Part shown: one piece after another, positions 32,293-42,575 of the stretch
Layout of the letters: the number at the start of each line of letters is the position of its first letter
Numbering within the stretch: position 1 is the stretch's first letter
Assembly (NCBI GenBank): GCA_965207445.1
Contig: CBDBLX010000002.1
Coordinates: 1,303,849 to 1,367,848 of the forward strand
DNA: 64,000 bases
From: Nitrosopumilus sp.
GTDB taxonomy: Archaea > Thermoproteota > Nitrososphaeria > Nitrososphaerales > Nitrosopumilaceae
Direction: 5' to 3'
Notes under the pieces: generated by a model
The model's database searches: none
The model's input: only the letters and a program-made list of their open reading frames with translations
Told to the model about the DNA's origin: nothing
Program-made: the position numbers and the translations under genes

Positions 32293-33030
32293 TCAGATCA
32301 CTAGGAATGTAAACGCGTTGGGAATCTGGAACGCTTCGTCATCATAGAATGCATTGGCCGCTATGAAAAGCAGTGAACCCATTCCGAATTTATCGCATTT
32401 CTTACCCATGGTACCTGTCGACGATGAAGTTACCTCATGTATGCATGCCTTTTTTGGATCGATGACGAGGTTGTACACGACAACAGTCTTGTCAAATGAT
32501 GTGTTTTCACACTGCCCCACCATGCCGTCAGATATGTATGAAGGATAGACGCTTGTAGTCACGAGATACGACGAGTCGGTGTAGGCAGTTACGCTTCCAG
32601 TAGCTTTTCCAAAGTCTGTGCTTTGTGTATGGCAGTTGGACCTGGTCTGTGAAGTCGTGGTGTATGTAGTGTACGTGTATTTCTTTTTGGACTGCGTGGG
32701 GGCATCTGCATCGATCGTGTTTTCAGCTTCCGTAGGTACTCCTTCCAGCATTTGAGCGAGGAGCGCCTGCGCCTCGTCGGTATGGGCTTGGCCGTTGTTT
32801 TCGAGAACAATCAGCTGTTCTGCAATACCCAGTCTCTCTATGATGGCTTCGTATTCGCCTTGCGCTTCGGCAGTTGTTGCGAAGTTGACTCGTTTCGTAT
32901 ACTCTTCTTTTAGTTCTGCTATCTTGGTCAGTCGTATGTCTGGCTTTGCTAACGCGTTCCATGACATCATGGGTGTAGCAGCTAAGACTACCATTACAAG
33001 CAATGCAACCTTGATGACTCTTTCAGTCAT
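32293..33030 (-). CDS. Secreted hypothetical protein (signal peptide, helical region, 4-Cys beta-rich C-domain)
   Basis: 245-aa ORF with AxA-type signal peptide (NALA/K); visibly more GC-rich than neighbours. Confidence 0.8.
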   Translation of the reverse strand: MTERVIKVALLVMVVLAATPMMSWNALAKPDIRLTKIAELKEEYTKRVNFATTAEAQGEYEAIIERLGIAEQLIVLENNGQAHTDEAQALLAQMLEGVPTEAENTIDADAPTQSKKKYTYTTYTTTSQTRSNCHTQSTDFGKATGSVTAYTDSSYLVTTSVYPSYISDGMVGQCENTSFDKTVVVYNLVIDPKKACIHEVTSSSTGTMGKKCDKFGMGSLLFIAANAFYDDEAFQIPNAFTFLVI

Positions 33031-33079
33031 GGGTGAGCATGAATTTTTAAATTATATTAGTATGTCGGAACTAGGGTGA

Positions 33080-33142
33080 GTAACCGTTCAACCCCCATAC
33101 CTGCGCCAAACGTTAGGCGGTGAATTTATGCCTACGGGTTAC
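33080..33142. mobile_element. 81-bp MITE family 1, internally deleted copy E
   Basis: GTAACCGTTCAACCCC...GTTAGGCGGTGAATTTATGCCTA then GGGTTAC. Confidence 0.8.
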
Positions 33143-33235
33143 CTGAAAATGAATTTAATTAATTATATTGCTGTGCTACCATGTATATAATTTCCTGATG
33201 ATCATATAGTATTACAATTCAAGACATTCATTTGA

Positions 33236-34702
33236 TTAAAGATAATCTGATATTGTGCGTTGTTGTACAAGGCGCATTGTATTGCTATGGGGAGTCCATA
33301 TGTCATGTGCAATATTTGTCACAGATGATGCACGTGATATTCCATCATGTATATTATTACATATAAGTGGCTTGCATTTCATGGCTGCTCGTACACCTTC
33401 TCTGACTTGCCATACACCAACTGGTATGGTGTATGCAGGTGTAATCTCTCGTAGCACCAACACACCTGCTTGTATCTTTTGTCTGTGTAAATATTCCAAT
33501 GTGGCGAGTTTGGCAGAATAGTATGCACCTGCCGTATTTACGGGTGGTTTGCAGACTCGAAGAGTCTCAGAGTCTGCTCCAAATGCAATTTGTCTTTGTG
33601 ATGAATGTTGAGTGTTGTTGTCGTCATTATCACTATTGTTGCTACTACCACTACTGTTGTTGTTGTTACTATTCTTACTGTTGCTGTATGTTTGGTGATT
33701 TAATTTGTCAGTGTACTTGGTACTATTTTTGCAGTCGCGTATCTTGATATTATCTGTATCGTGTGTGGCATCGCGCCCCACATCGCGCCCCACATCACGC
33801 ACACCCCCTTTATTCATGACACACTTTTCACCACCACTACCCTCGCCACCACCATCACCATCACCTGTAGACTGTGAATACCATGCTTCTACAAGCTCAA
33901 ACATCCACATATGTGGAAATAACACGATTGCAAACGTATTTCCAAAATGTGAATGCCAAAATACTTTACATGCATCAATAATGTCATATTGCCTCACCTC
34001 ATTTAACAACTGTGAGGATATTATAGAATCCGTTGCAGTGATACTCCACTTTGTTGGAACTAACTTTCGGTTATCTCCAATACCGAGCATTCCCATACTC
34101 AAAGAACGATATATTGAGGATACTGCAACACCAGATTCGTACAGTGTCATTATGGCATCTGATGCATGCATGTCAGTATCATAGTATGTATTTTGAATTT
34201 GTTTAGATGGTGTTGATGTGCCAGAAAATTTTACAGATTCTATCGTACCAACAGGACCACAACATATTGTATCATCATCAAATGCAAGACGATTTGCATG
34301 TGTTGTGTTTGAATGTACACCTCCATCAAATACAATATCAGAGTCAAGTGACTTTGATGATAGTGCAACATGTTGCAAGTCTTGAATATATCTACCCTCA
34401 ACATCATTTACCTTTATCTTTTTTGTACCACATATCATGCCAAAGCGCAGTCGAAGCACATCATTAAATGAAAGTGTGCCCCATTTTTCAGGACTGTCAA
34501 ATATTCTAGTGTCACCATGTATTGGAGGTAGCATGGGGCCGACTAAAACAGATGGATAATTATACGCGCCAACAAATACAGAAGGTGGCGTAGAGCCATC
34601 AATTGATTTTAGATCATCAAAATGCATGGATTGGTATTTTTTTGCAAGTACGTCGTGCCAATTTTCACCACTATGTGCATCTTTGATATCACATACGTTC
34701 AT
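33236..34702 (-). CDS. nreA: Nre-family archaeal DNA repair protein with a low-complexity insertion
   Basis: GSTPPSVFVG, RKLVPTKWSITATD, PVGVWQVRE; C-terminal PIP box QRTISDYL. Confidence 0.88.
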   Translation of the reverse strand: MNVCDIKDAHSGENWHDVLAKKYQSMHFDDLKSIDGSTPPSVFVGAYNYPSVLVGPMLPPIHGDTRIFDSPEKWGTLSFNDVLRLRFGMICGTKKIKVNDVEGRYIQDLQHVALSSKSLDSDIVFDGGVHSNTTHANRLAFDDDTICCGPVGTIESVKFSGTSTPSKQIQNTYYDTDMHASDAIMTLYESGVAVSSIYRSLSMGMLGIGDNRKLVPTKWSITATDSIISSQLLNEVRQYDIIDACKVFWHSHFGNTFAIVLFPHMWMFELVEAWYSQSTGDGDGGGEGSGGEKCVMNKGGVRDVGRDVGRDATHDTDNIKIRDCKNSTKYTDKLNHQTYSNSKNSNNNNSSGSSNNSDNDDNNTQHSSQRQIAFGADSETLRVCKPPVNTAGAYYSAKLATLEYLHRQKIQAGVLVLREITPAYTIPVGVWQVREGVRAAMKCKPLICNNIHDGISRASSVTNIAHDIWTPHSNTMRLVQQRTISDYL

Positions 34703-34738
34703 AATTAATCAAACAATACACAGTATAAAATATGTAAA

Positions 34739-35803
34739 TCATGAGCGATCTGCAAGCCATGATCCGAGTTCAGGCAAGACACGCCTCTGAGACAGCGAAC
34801 TTGCAATCATTCCAACATGTCCTATTGGGTACATTCTCATTATCTTATCCTCACTACCAACTGCCGGATACAACGGCATACTGCACTCTGGCGAAACGAG
34901 ATGATCACCTACTGCAATTTGGACAAAGACGGGCATTTTTATATTTCTGAGATCGACTCTGGTATCACCCACACGCATCTTGTTTTGTACTAGTAAATTA
35001 TCTTGGTAGATATGCTTTATCCATTGTCTGAACAACTCACCAGGTATTGGAGGAGTATCACCAAGCCACTTTTCTACCCTCAGAAAGTTATCAACAAAAC
35101 GCTTGTTATCAATATTTTTGAAAAAATTGACATATTTTTCTACACCTTGCTCAAATGGTTTTAGTACAGAAAAACAGTAATACATGAACTCTGGTGGCAT
35201 ATTTCCAATAGTCTCAACTAGTCTATCTACATCAACATGTTTTGCTAGATTGCTGATTACCGTCGTATCTCGCCATCCGTCAATTACAGGTGCAGTAGCC
35301 ACATAGTTTTTGACATTTTCAGGGTGTAGTGCAGCGTATATGGTAGATATGGTGCCGCCTGTGCAGTATCCTTGAATTGAGACTGAATCAACTGAGTGAA
35401 TATCTTTGAGGTATTCGACGTGATAGTCCATATACCCGTTCACATAGTCATCAAAGTCTAGATACTTGTCCATATTAGTTGGTGTGCCCCAATCTAGCAT
35501 ATAAACATCAAAGCCTTGGTCTAGTAGATTACGCACCCAACTCTTTTCAGGATGAATATCAAATATGTGAAATCTATTAATCACTGCATATGTGATTAAT
35601 AGTGGTGTGGCATACCTTTTTTTGACCCGCGGTTTATAGTGTAATAGTTTGGTTTTGTCCATTTGAGATACGACTTTGTACGGAGTCACGTTGAGTGTGA
35701 TTTTATCGGGTGTTGATATCATGTTTGGTGCAGAGATTACGTTGCGACCAAATCGTAGCATATCCTCTAAAAGTTTTGGATCAACGTTCAGTTCAGATTG
35801 CAT
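34739..35803 (-). CDS. phaC: Class III polyhydroxyalkanoate synthase subunit PhaC
   Basis: Lipase box GYCTGG, LDWG, DHLV, GHVG; downstream of phaE. Confidence 0.93.
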   Translation of the reverse strand: MQSELNVDPKLLEDMLRFGRNVISAPNMISTPDKITLNVTPYKVVSQMDKTKLLHYKPRVKKRYATPLLITYAVINRFHIFDIHPEKSWVRNLLDQGFDVYMLDWGTPTNMDKYLDFDDYVNGYMDYHVEYLKDIHSVDSVSIQGYCTGGTISTIYAALHPENVKNYVATAPVIDGWRDTTVISNLAKHVDVDRLVETIGNMPPEFMYYCFSVLKPFEQGVEKYVNFFKNIDNKRFVDNFLRVEKWLGDTPPIPGELFRQWIKHIYQDNLLVQNKMRVGDTRVDLRNIKMPVFVQIAVGDHLVSPECSMPLYPAVGSEDKIMRMYPIGHVGMIASSLSQRRVLPELGSWLADRS

Positions 35804-35810
35804 ATATTTT

Positions 35811-37331
35811 TCAGTCTCTCTTGTGTGATTGGTATTTTTTGGTGATGTTGTTGTTTTTGTTTATGTTTTTGTTTATGTTGCTGTTATTGTTGATGGATTG
35901 CGTTGCGTTTTTTGTGTCTTTGTGATCGTTATTACTATGTCGATGATCATCATTACCATTGTTTCTATATTTCATATGTTTACTACTATCCTGTCTATGA
36001 AGATAATTTTTAACATTGTTGTAATTAGAGTCGTTTTGATTATTGTTTTTATTTTGCATGTTAGTGTTTTTTGATTTACGGCGTCTGCGTCTTTTTTGTT
36101 TTTTTGCAAGTGTGTTATGTCCGTCAGGTTGTGTGTTTGTATTTTGTGTGTGCAATTTGTCAGATGGTTTGTCAGATGGTTTGCCAGATGGTTTGCCAGA
36201 TGGTTTATCAGATGGTTTGCCAGATGGTTTGCCAGATGGTTTATCAGATGGTTTATCAGATGATCTGTCAGATGGTTTATCAGATGATCTGTCAGATGGT
36301 TTATCAGATGGTTTGTCAGGCAATTTATCACGCATTTGCTTCATCTTGCTATCTTTTGGTCTACGTCGTCTATTACGTCGATTTTTTTTTCGAGGATCAG
36401 AAGAGAGGCCATGTGCCGTGGGTGATGTGTTTATTGTATCATTTTTTTTAAATTTGTCATCAGATAAAGTGGTGGATTTTTGTTTATCAAGATTATGTTG
36501 TACTTTATGTAAACTAGCATGATCTATACTATTTGGTTGTATGTTATCTTTTTTGTTACTTTGTACATCTGATTCGTTATTTTGTGTGTGGTTTTTGTTT
36601 GTTTCACCACCACCACCATCATCACTCTTTATATCGCTAGCCGAATCAGATTTCTTTACACTGGAACTTTTACCTGCAAGTTCAGATGGTGTTTGCTTTT
36701 CTGATACACTTTTCTCCGATACGCGATTATCAATATAATTACTGTTCTTCGTGACACCGGACTTGTGACGTTGTCGCAATAGTTCAATTTCTGATGTGTG
36801 TATTCGTTTTTTTAGTAAATGGATCTCTTTATACACCTCATCAAGTGCTTCTTTGCTTGGAAGATTTGAAGCCTGAAGTATTGTATTTGTTATATTATCC
36901 CAATGTTTGACCAATTCCAACTCTTTTGAGACTAAATTACCATAATTTTCAGCAAATTTTATGGAATCGAAGAGTTGTGTAAAGTCATTATCAAATATGT
37001 CAATCCAAATACGCTTTAGTGAATCTGCATGTTCGGCATCATAACGTATATCAGATGTTTTTGCATTGACTTTATTTTGTGCCTCGCGCCACGTGTCGGC
37101 CAATTGTGAATAATAATTGGTTAAATATTTGTTAAACTCTACTAAATCATCATTCATCTCAATTAGTTCAGTTGCAACTTTTTTTGAGTTTGCAACAAAT
37201 GCCCTCATTGGGCCTATTGATGCTAGAGCTTGAGGTTTGCTTGACATGAGATGAAATATGTCAGTCCAAAACAACACAAGATTCTTGTAATATTCTGCAT
37301 TTTTTGCATCATCACTCTCTGAAGATTCCAT
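35811..37331 (-). CDS. phaE: PHA synthase subunit PhaE with a long disordered C-terminal extension
   Basis: IWIDIFDNDF..NLPSKEALDEVYKEIHLLKKR in the first ~185 aa; 7 nt upstream of phaC. Confidence 0.85.
   Translation of the reverse strand: MESSESDDAKNAEYYKNLVLFWTDIFHLMSSKPQALASIGPMRAFVANSKKVATELIEMNDDLVEFNKYLTNYYSQLADTWREAQNKVNAKTSDIRYDAEHADSLKRIWIDIFDNDFTQLFDSIKFAENYGNLVSKELELVKHWDNITNTILQASNLPSKEALDEVYKEIHLLKKRIHTSEIELLRQRHKSGVTKNSNYIDNRVSEKSVSEKQTPSELAGKSSSVKKSDSASDIKSDDGGGGETNKNHTQNNESDVQSNKKDNIQPNSIDHASLHKVQHNLDKQKSTTLSDDKFKKNDTINTSPTAHGLSSDPRKKNRRNRRRRPKDSKMKQMRDKLPDKPSDKPSDRSSDKPSDRSSDKPSDKPSGKPSGKPSDKPSGKPSGKPSDKPSDKLHTQNTNTQPDGHNTLAKKQKRRRRRKSKNTNMQNKNNNQNDSNYNNVKNYLHRQDSSKHMKYRNNGNDDHRHSNNDHKDTKNATQSINNNSNINKNINKNNNITKKYQSHKRD
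36159..36318. repeat. 12-bp tandem repeat encoding KPSD/KPSG/RSSD
   Basis: About 13 units of (T/C)CAGATGGTTT(G/A). Confidence 0.9.
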
Positions 37332-37573
37332 GCGATGTCATATTTTAGATTCAATAAATACCTATACAGATTCATTTACAAATTTGAGTGATTAAGAATT
37401 GTATGATTATAATATGTAACTACTATCTAGATTTAGATTTGATAATATTTTGTGTGACAAGTCAGTATAATTAAAATTATCTATTTATATATGGTATTTT
37501 TAATCAGCATTTACTCATAGATTATGTTGCGCATAATAGTTATTTGGTTATCACATGTGGAGAAATAAGGTAA

Positions 37574-38284
37574 ATGCTGATGAGTTTAATAATGCATGTA
37601 ACGCTTATTGCCACATGTATTTTTGCCATATACTCTATGGCAAATTCAGTTGAGCTCCAAGATGCATATTCAACTCATATTTCTGTTCCTGTTGTTGTGA
37701 CAGTCGGTGAGAGTTTAGAGTACTTTTTTGATGATGATTTGATTATTTCCGGCTGGGTCGAATATAACAATAATCCCACTCCTGATGTACTGCTGAACAT
37801 AAAGGTCTTTGATCAGAATCGGATTCAGGTTTCTGATACTTTTGTGAATAGTGATTCTAATGGAGAGTTTCAGTATGTGTTTAGTCTGCCTGATGATAGC
37901 ATACCTGGCAACTATACAGTTATCATTACTAGCATGTGTTGGGAGCAGCACAGACAGATATGTGCGCACAATACTGCACAAGTTGTGGTAAATGTATCAA
38001 AAGATAATACACACATACCAAAGTGGGTAAAGATAGTTGCCAAATTTTGGGTTGATGGTCAGATCGACGATGATATGTTTACTCGAGCAGTTGAGTTTCT
38101 GATACAAAATAATATAATTCATTTAGGGAATTTAGATAAAAACACACATGATAAGAGTGATGATGTGCCAGATTGGATAAAGGAGAGTACCGGACATTGG
38201 GTCTCTGGTGTTGTATCTGATGACGAGTTTGCAGCAAGTATGAAATGGCTCATAAACAATGGTATTATATCTACTAACGCTTAA
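37574..38284 (+). CDS. Secreted protein with Ig-like domain and thaumarchaeal IPxWxK repeat C-domain
   Basis: IPKWVKIVAKFWVDGQIDD..F and VPDWIKESTGHWVSG..DDEF. Confidence 0.8.
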   Translation: MLMSLIMHVTLIATCIFAIYSMANSVELQDAYSTHISVPVVVTVGESLEYFFDDDLIISGWVEYNNNPTPDVLLNIKVFDQNRIQVSDTFVNSDSNGEFQYVFSLPDDSIPGNYTVIITSMCWEQHRQICAHNTAQVVVNVSKDNTHIPKWVKIVAKFWVDGQIDDDMFTRAVEFLIQNNIIHLGNLDKNTHDKSDDVPDWIKESTGHWVSGVVSDDEFAASMKWLINNGIISTNA

Positions 38285-38522
38285 TTATGATCAAATATTT
38301 TATCCTTTTTAATTCTTATAGATTTTATGATTATGTTAATTTGTACATCTACTATCTTGTTTGCCAGTCACATTTTTACCCAACACCCATACTTGCACAC
38401 CCATACTTGCACACCCATACTGCAAAGAAATCTATACGTGTCTTTTTGTGGCGTTCAACGCTTATTTGAGATTCTGTGCGTGAATTATATGTTGATGAAA
38501 AATACTGGTGTTTGAACACATA

Positions 38523-40208
38523 TAGCGACGAGCATAAGTTTCTGTACAGTGGATTTTTGTGATTTCGTGCCTGAAATAATCACATGTGGTAAAGTCCAAT
38601 TGTGAAAACGTTACAGGAACCCACAATATGACTATTTTCATGTTCAAAATTATGGCAATATGTTGCAATATGCACAATCATACACCAAAGAATGGAATAC
38701 AATTCAAGATTGAGATGGATGACTACGATGTGTGCTTACGTGTAGCGAACCATGTTGAGAGAAGATGTACCTGAGTGATAATGCAATTTCATATTGCTAG
38801 TTTGTCTTTTTCTTTTTTGTTTTTGTTGTTGTTGCTATCGGGACAGTTATGTTACATTTCTTTGCTTCAGAACTCAGTCCACCTTCCAATCTGACTATTG
38901 GACGCATTACCCCTTTGGGCGGTTTTCGTTTCCAGAATTTGGTAAAATTATAATCAAACATGTATTCGTTGATAAATTTGAATACTGCTTCTTTGTGTGC
39001 ATCAACAGTTGCATATCTTATAGAATTGTTGATTGATAATTTGAGTACGCCCCACAGTTCCTCAACAGGATTTAGGTACGGATGCCCTACTGGATACCAC
39101 ACTAACATAATGTCTGGGTGGTTTTTGAAATATTTCATTGCATCATTTGAGGTGTGATATGTTGCTCTGTCAAGAACAAGCACCATCTTTCCAATTTTTT
39201 GGTACATACGATCAACATGCTCCAAAAATGAGACAGTGTTTGCAGTGTTACAGGAATTATAGAATAATTTTCCAGTTGATGTCATTGAACACATCATGCT
39301 GAATCTATGATGATTCCCACTCCAAAACGAGTATATGCGTACTCCCACTTTTGACCAAAACTTACGTGACCTCTCAGAATCTCGAATGTGTGATTCATCC
39401 ATTGTCACTATTGTGTATCCTTTTTTGCTAAACTTTTCTAGTGTTTTAAAGAGTCGATATCTCCAAACTCGAACAGTTGTCATCTTGGCACGATTGATCT
39501 CAATTGGTTCTGTCTTTTTCTTTGAGCACTTCCACTGTCTCATGTATCTTCGAACTTGTGTTATACTTAGCCTCGTACCGGACAACTCAAATATCTTATC
39601 AGATATTTCAATAGATTCAAAACCTTTGCCATCACACCATTGTCTTACTTTATCAAGTATGGCTCTGTCAACTTTTGTCGGACATCCTGATCTGGGTTTG
39701 TCTGATAATGCATCTCGAATACCTTTTGGTGTCTTTCTTGCAGCCTTTAATCTGTGCCACCACATTGAAACTGTTCTTCTATCGCAGCTGTGTTTTCGTC
39801 CAGTATCACTAAATGTACCCAAACTAAAAAACAAAATCAACATGCACAATCTGCGTACGACACGACCGTCTTTTTCGGTTTTTCTTATGTTCGACAACTG
39901 TTCAAGCCGGTCCATACCCTAGTAAATAATTTGATCATTTAAAACTTTCCTAAAATTAGGCACGCCTAAGCGTGCCGCAAAATTTTTGCGGTAACGCAGC
40001 ATATTTGTCAATTACAAACTAGCAAAGTATAAAGTACTAATTTCTTTGGCATGGTATACACATTGCGCTTATTACAATGCACACCTGAAATGTATCTATT
40101 CATATTAAAAACAGATGTAACGCTTTCAAAATACAATATTTTTACATATGATCTTTTCAGGCATAAAATCGTGTAAAATTGGTGTACATGGACTTATGCT
40201 CGTCGCTA
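38523..40208 (-). mobile_element. IS630-family element
   Basis: TIR TAGCGACGAGCATAAGT flanked by TA on both sides. Confidence 0.9.
38797..39915 (-). CDS. IS630-family transposase
   Basis: PRSGCP HTH linker, MDES, LVLDRATYH, PYLNPVEELW. Confidence 0.92.
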   Translation of the reverse strand: MDRLEQLSNIRKTEKDGRVVRRLCMLILFFSLGTFSDTGRKHSCDRRTVSMWWHRLKAARKTPKGIRDALSDKPRSGCPTKVDRAILDKVRQWCDGKGFESIEISDKIFELSGTRLSITQVRRYMRQWKCSKKKTEPIEINRAKMTTVRVWRYRLFKTLEKFSKKGYTIVTMDESHIRDSERSRKFWSKVGVRIYSFWSGNHHRFSMMCSMTSTGKLFYNSCNTANTVSFLEHVDRMYQKIGKMVLVLDRATYHTSNDAMKYFKNHPDIMLVWYPVGHPYLNPVEELWGVLKLSINNSIRYATVDAHKEAVFKFINEYMFDYNFTKFWKRKPPKGVMRPIVRLEGGLSSEAKKCNITVPIATTTKTKKKKTN

Positions 40209-40350
40209 TATATTCACTTAATACACAGATAAAAAAACGTCAATTGCGTTATAAAATTAAACAGTAACGTGGTAGAGTTGAACATGCAAATTAATAAAAA
40301 ATAGACTAGCAATGCAAAATATTTTTTAATGGCTCAAATATACACAATTT

Positions 40351-40932
40351 ATGAACAATGACAATTATGATGATGCTGATCCATTAAAAACCCCTGCACA
40401 ATCAAAGGATATCATAGTACTTGGTGCAATTAGACATGGAGTTACAAAGTTTAATCGCATCCAAAAGATGACAAACCTCTCACCAGAGGAACTCAACTCT
40501 ATTCTTGAGGATCTAGAGGATCGTGGGTACATACAAGTCAAGGTAAAGAAAGGCTGGCTTGGAACCAAAATAGAATTATACCCAACAAAATCAGGTATCG
40601 ACAAAGTTGATGATAGTGTACGAGAGATGCAGGCAAAATGGGGTCAAATGCAAGCAGTATACAAGTCTGGGGACAAGGGCAAGATGAGACAATACATGGA
40701 TGACAACAAGTCCATACTTCCAATGCTGTTGTTTTTTGGTGTTGTGGACATGATGATGTTCAGTATGATGTTCAGTATGATTGGTATGCCAATGTCATCA
40801 TACGTTCCTGCTGAAAGTATGCCTGAGGGAGCAGAAGCAGCAGGTGATGGTGGTGCAGAAGATGCAGGTGGTGATTATGGTGGTGACATGGGTGATGGTG
40901 GTGGTGGATTTGATTTTGATATTGGATTCTAA
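40351..40932 (+). CDS. Winged-helix protein with TM segment and Gly/Asp-rich tail
   Basis: LNSILEDLEDRGYI..KKGWLG wHTH; hydrophobic Met-rich helix; GGGGFDFDIGF end. Confidence 0.8.
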   Translation: MNNDNYDDADPLKTPAQSKDIIVLGAIRHGVTKFNRIQKMTNLSPEELNSILEDLEDRGYIQVKVKKGWLGTKIELYPTKSGIDKVDDSVREMQAKWGQMQAVYKSGDKGKMRQYMDDNKSILPMLLFFGVVDMMMFSMMFSMIGMPMSSYVPAESMPEGAEAAGDGGAEDAGGDYGGDMGDGGGGFDFDIGF

Positions 40933-40986
40933 TAATAACCACAATAACCATCGCAACCACAATAACCACAGCAACCATAACAATGC
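40931..40986. repeat. Degenerate 9-bp/trinucleotide microsatellite
   Basis: AATAACCAC / AGCAACCAT-type units between the wHTH gene and birA. Confidence 0.7.
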
Positions 40987-41037
40987 CAAAATATTGATAG
41001 TCAAAAACACCCATACCAACTATACATAATTGTACAC

Positions 41038-42159
41038 ATGATATCATACATGAGCGTAGCACACATGAAAAACATACAGGATAGCAATTCATACAAGAAC
41101 AACATGCATTACCACTCTACTGCAAAAAGTAATAATCTGCCCTCGATCAAAACATTGGAGTTTTTAAAATCACACAGCTCTGAATACTTGTCAGGGCGAG
41201 ACCTAGGTGATGTGCTTGGAATTAGTAGAGTTTCAGTGTGGAAACATATCAAATATTTAAAAGATATTGGATATACGATAGAATCAAAACAAAAAGTAGG
41301 GTACAAGCTTACCCAAACATGTGATGAGCCGTATCCGTGGGAAGTCATACAAAACATCAATACCCATACAATTGGAAAGAGCATACATTACTATGATACA
41401 GTAACATCAACTCAGAATATTGCACTAGCAATGGCTGATTCACAAACCACTCATGGTACTGTAATAATAGCTGCAAGACAGACATGTGCAAGAGGTAGAT
41501 CAAAAAAGAGATGGGCATCACCATACGGTGGCATATACATCTCTGTAATATTACACCCAGAATGCGATACATCAATCGCAACACTATTTCCGTTATGTAT
41601 AGGCGTGGCAATAGTAAAAGCCATAAAAGAGACGTGTAATATAACACCGCAACTAAAATGGCCAAATGATATCACCATACGTGACAAAAAAGTTGCAGGG
41701 ATAATTACAGAGGCCGAACTAGAACTCCATACGATACAAAAAATGTATGTTGGAATTGGTGTGAATTTTGATCTTGATACTGCTATTATCAAAAAAGAGT
41801 TTGGCCATACAATGGGATTTTATGATGCAACCACAATACTCAAAGAGAAAAACTTGCAAAAAGTTACAAAAAGTAAAAAGGTTAGCAAGATCGAACTAGT
41901 CAAAAACATCCTATCACATATAGAACAGATGTATGATATGCTACGAGCCGGGCAAAAAGATGTGATAATATCAGAATGGGTAAAATATACATCTACAATA
42001 GGCAGGCGAGTCAATGTTACAACAAACGGCAAACAAATAACAGGAGTTGCCACTAAAATCGATGACAATGGAATGTTGATTATAAGGCAAGATAATGCAC
42101 ACGGTCTTGGAGAACACACTGTGTTAATGACAGGTACATTGAGATATGTTGACAAGTAA
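41038..42159 (+). CDS. birA: Bifunctional biotin-protein ligase/repressor (start may be further downstream)
   Basis: N-terminal HTH ISRVSVWKHI; STQ, GRSKKRW, KWPND, KVAGI, GIGVN. Confidence 0.92.
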   Translation: MISYMSVAHMKNIQDSNSYKNNMHYHSTAKSNNLPSIKTLEFLKSHSSEYLSGRDLGDVLGISRVSVWKHIKYLKDIGYTIESKQKVGYKLTQTCDEPYPWEVIQNINTHTIGKSIHYYDTVTSTQNIALAMADSQTTHGTVIIAARQTCARGRSKKRWASPYGGIYISVILHPECDTSIATLFPLCIGVAIVKAIKETCNITPQLKWPNDITIRDKKVAGIITEAELELHTIQKMYVGIGVNFDLDTAIIKKEFGHTMGFYDATTILKEKNLQKVTKSKKVSKIELVKNILSHIEQMYDMLRAGQKDVIISEWVKYTSTIGRRVNVTTNGKQITGVATKIDDNGMLIIRQDNAHGLGEHTVLMTGTLRYVDK

Positions 42160-42329
42160 ATTATTTTGAATAAAGACTTTTTACAAATTCAATTATGGGT
42201 TATATCATGTTTATTGGCTATGAATCCTACTCTGTGGTAGTGGTCATGACATACTCTGTCCACCACAATCCATTTTACATCTGTCAATCGTTTTACCAAT
42301 AAAGATGTTAAATTTGCGTGAACCAAGCT

Positions 42330-42575
42330 CTTTGGACACAATAATGAAATTAATGCAGCCAATAAAAAACCCCCCCAAAAGAAAAAAGGACAATCAAAAG
42401 AAGAGTTAGCAAAAGATGAGAAAAAATACAACGAATCCATCAGGAAAATTCGAATCAAAGTATAGCGTGCAATAGGAAATCTAAAACATTTTTCATTGCT
42501 GCAAAACACATACATCAAATCTGATGATTTTCTTGACCGTAACTTGTAGATTGTATCGGGGGTTAGTTAACCACC
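42330..42575 (+). pseudogene. IS5-like (DDE_Tnp_4) transposase C-terminal remnant
   Basis: PIKKP..KKYNESIRKIRIKV*RAIGNLKHF across broken frames. Confidence 0.6.

Noticed and set aside
35829..36522. Antisense and alternate-frame repeat ORFs (NHL.., CQMV.., SDGL..)
   Set aside because: Shadows of the 12-bp repeat inside phaE
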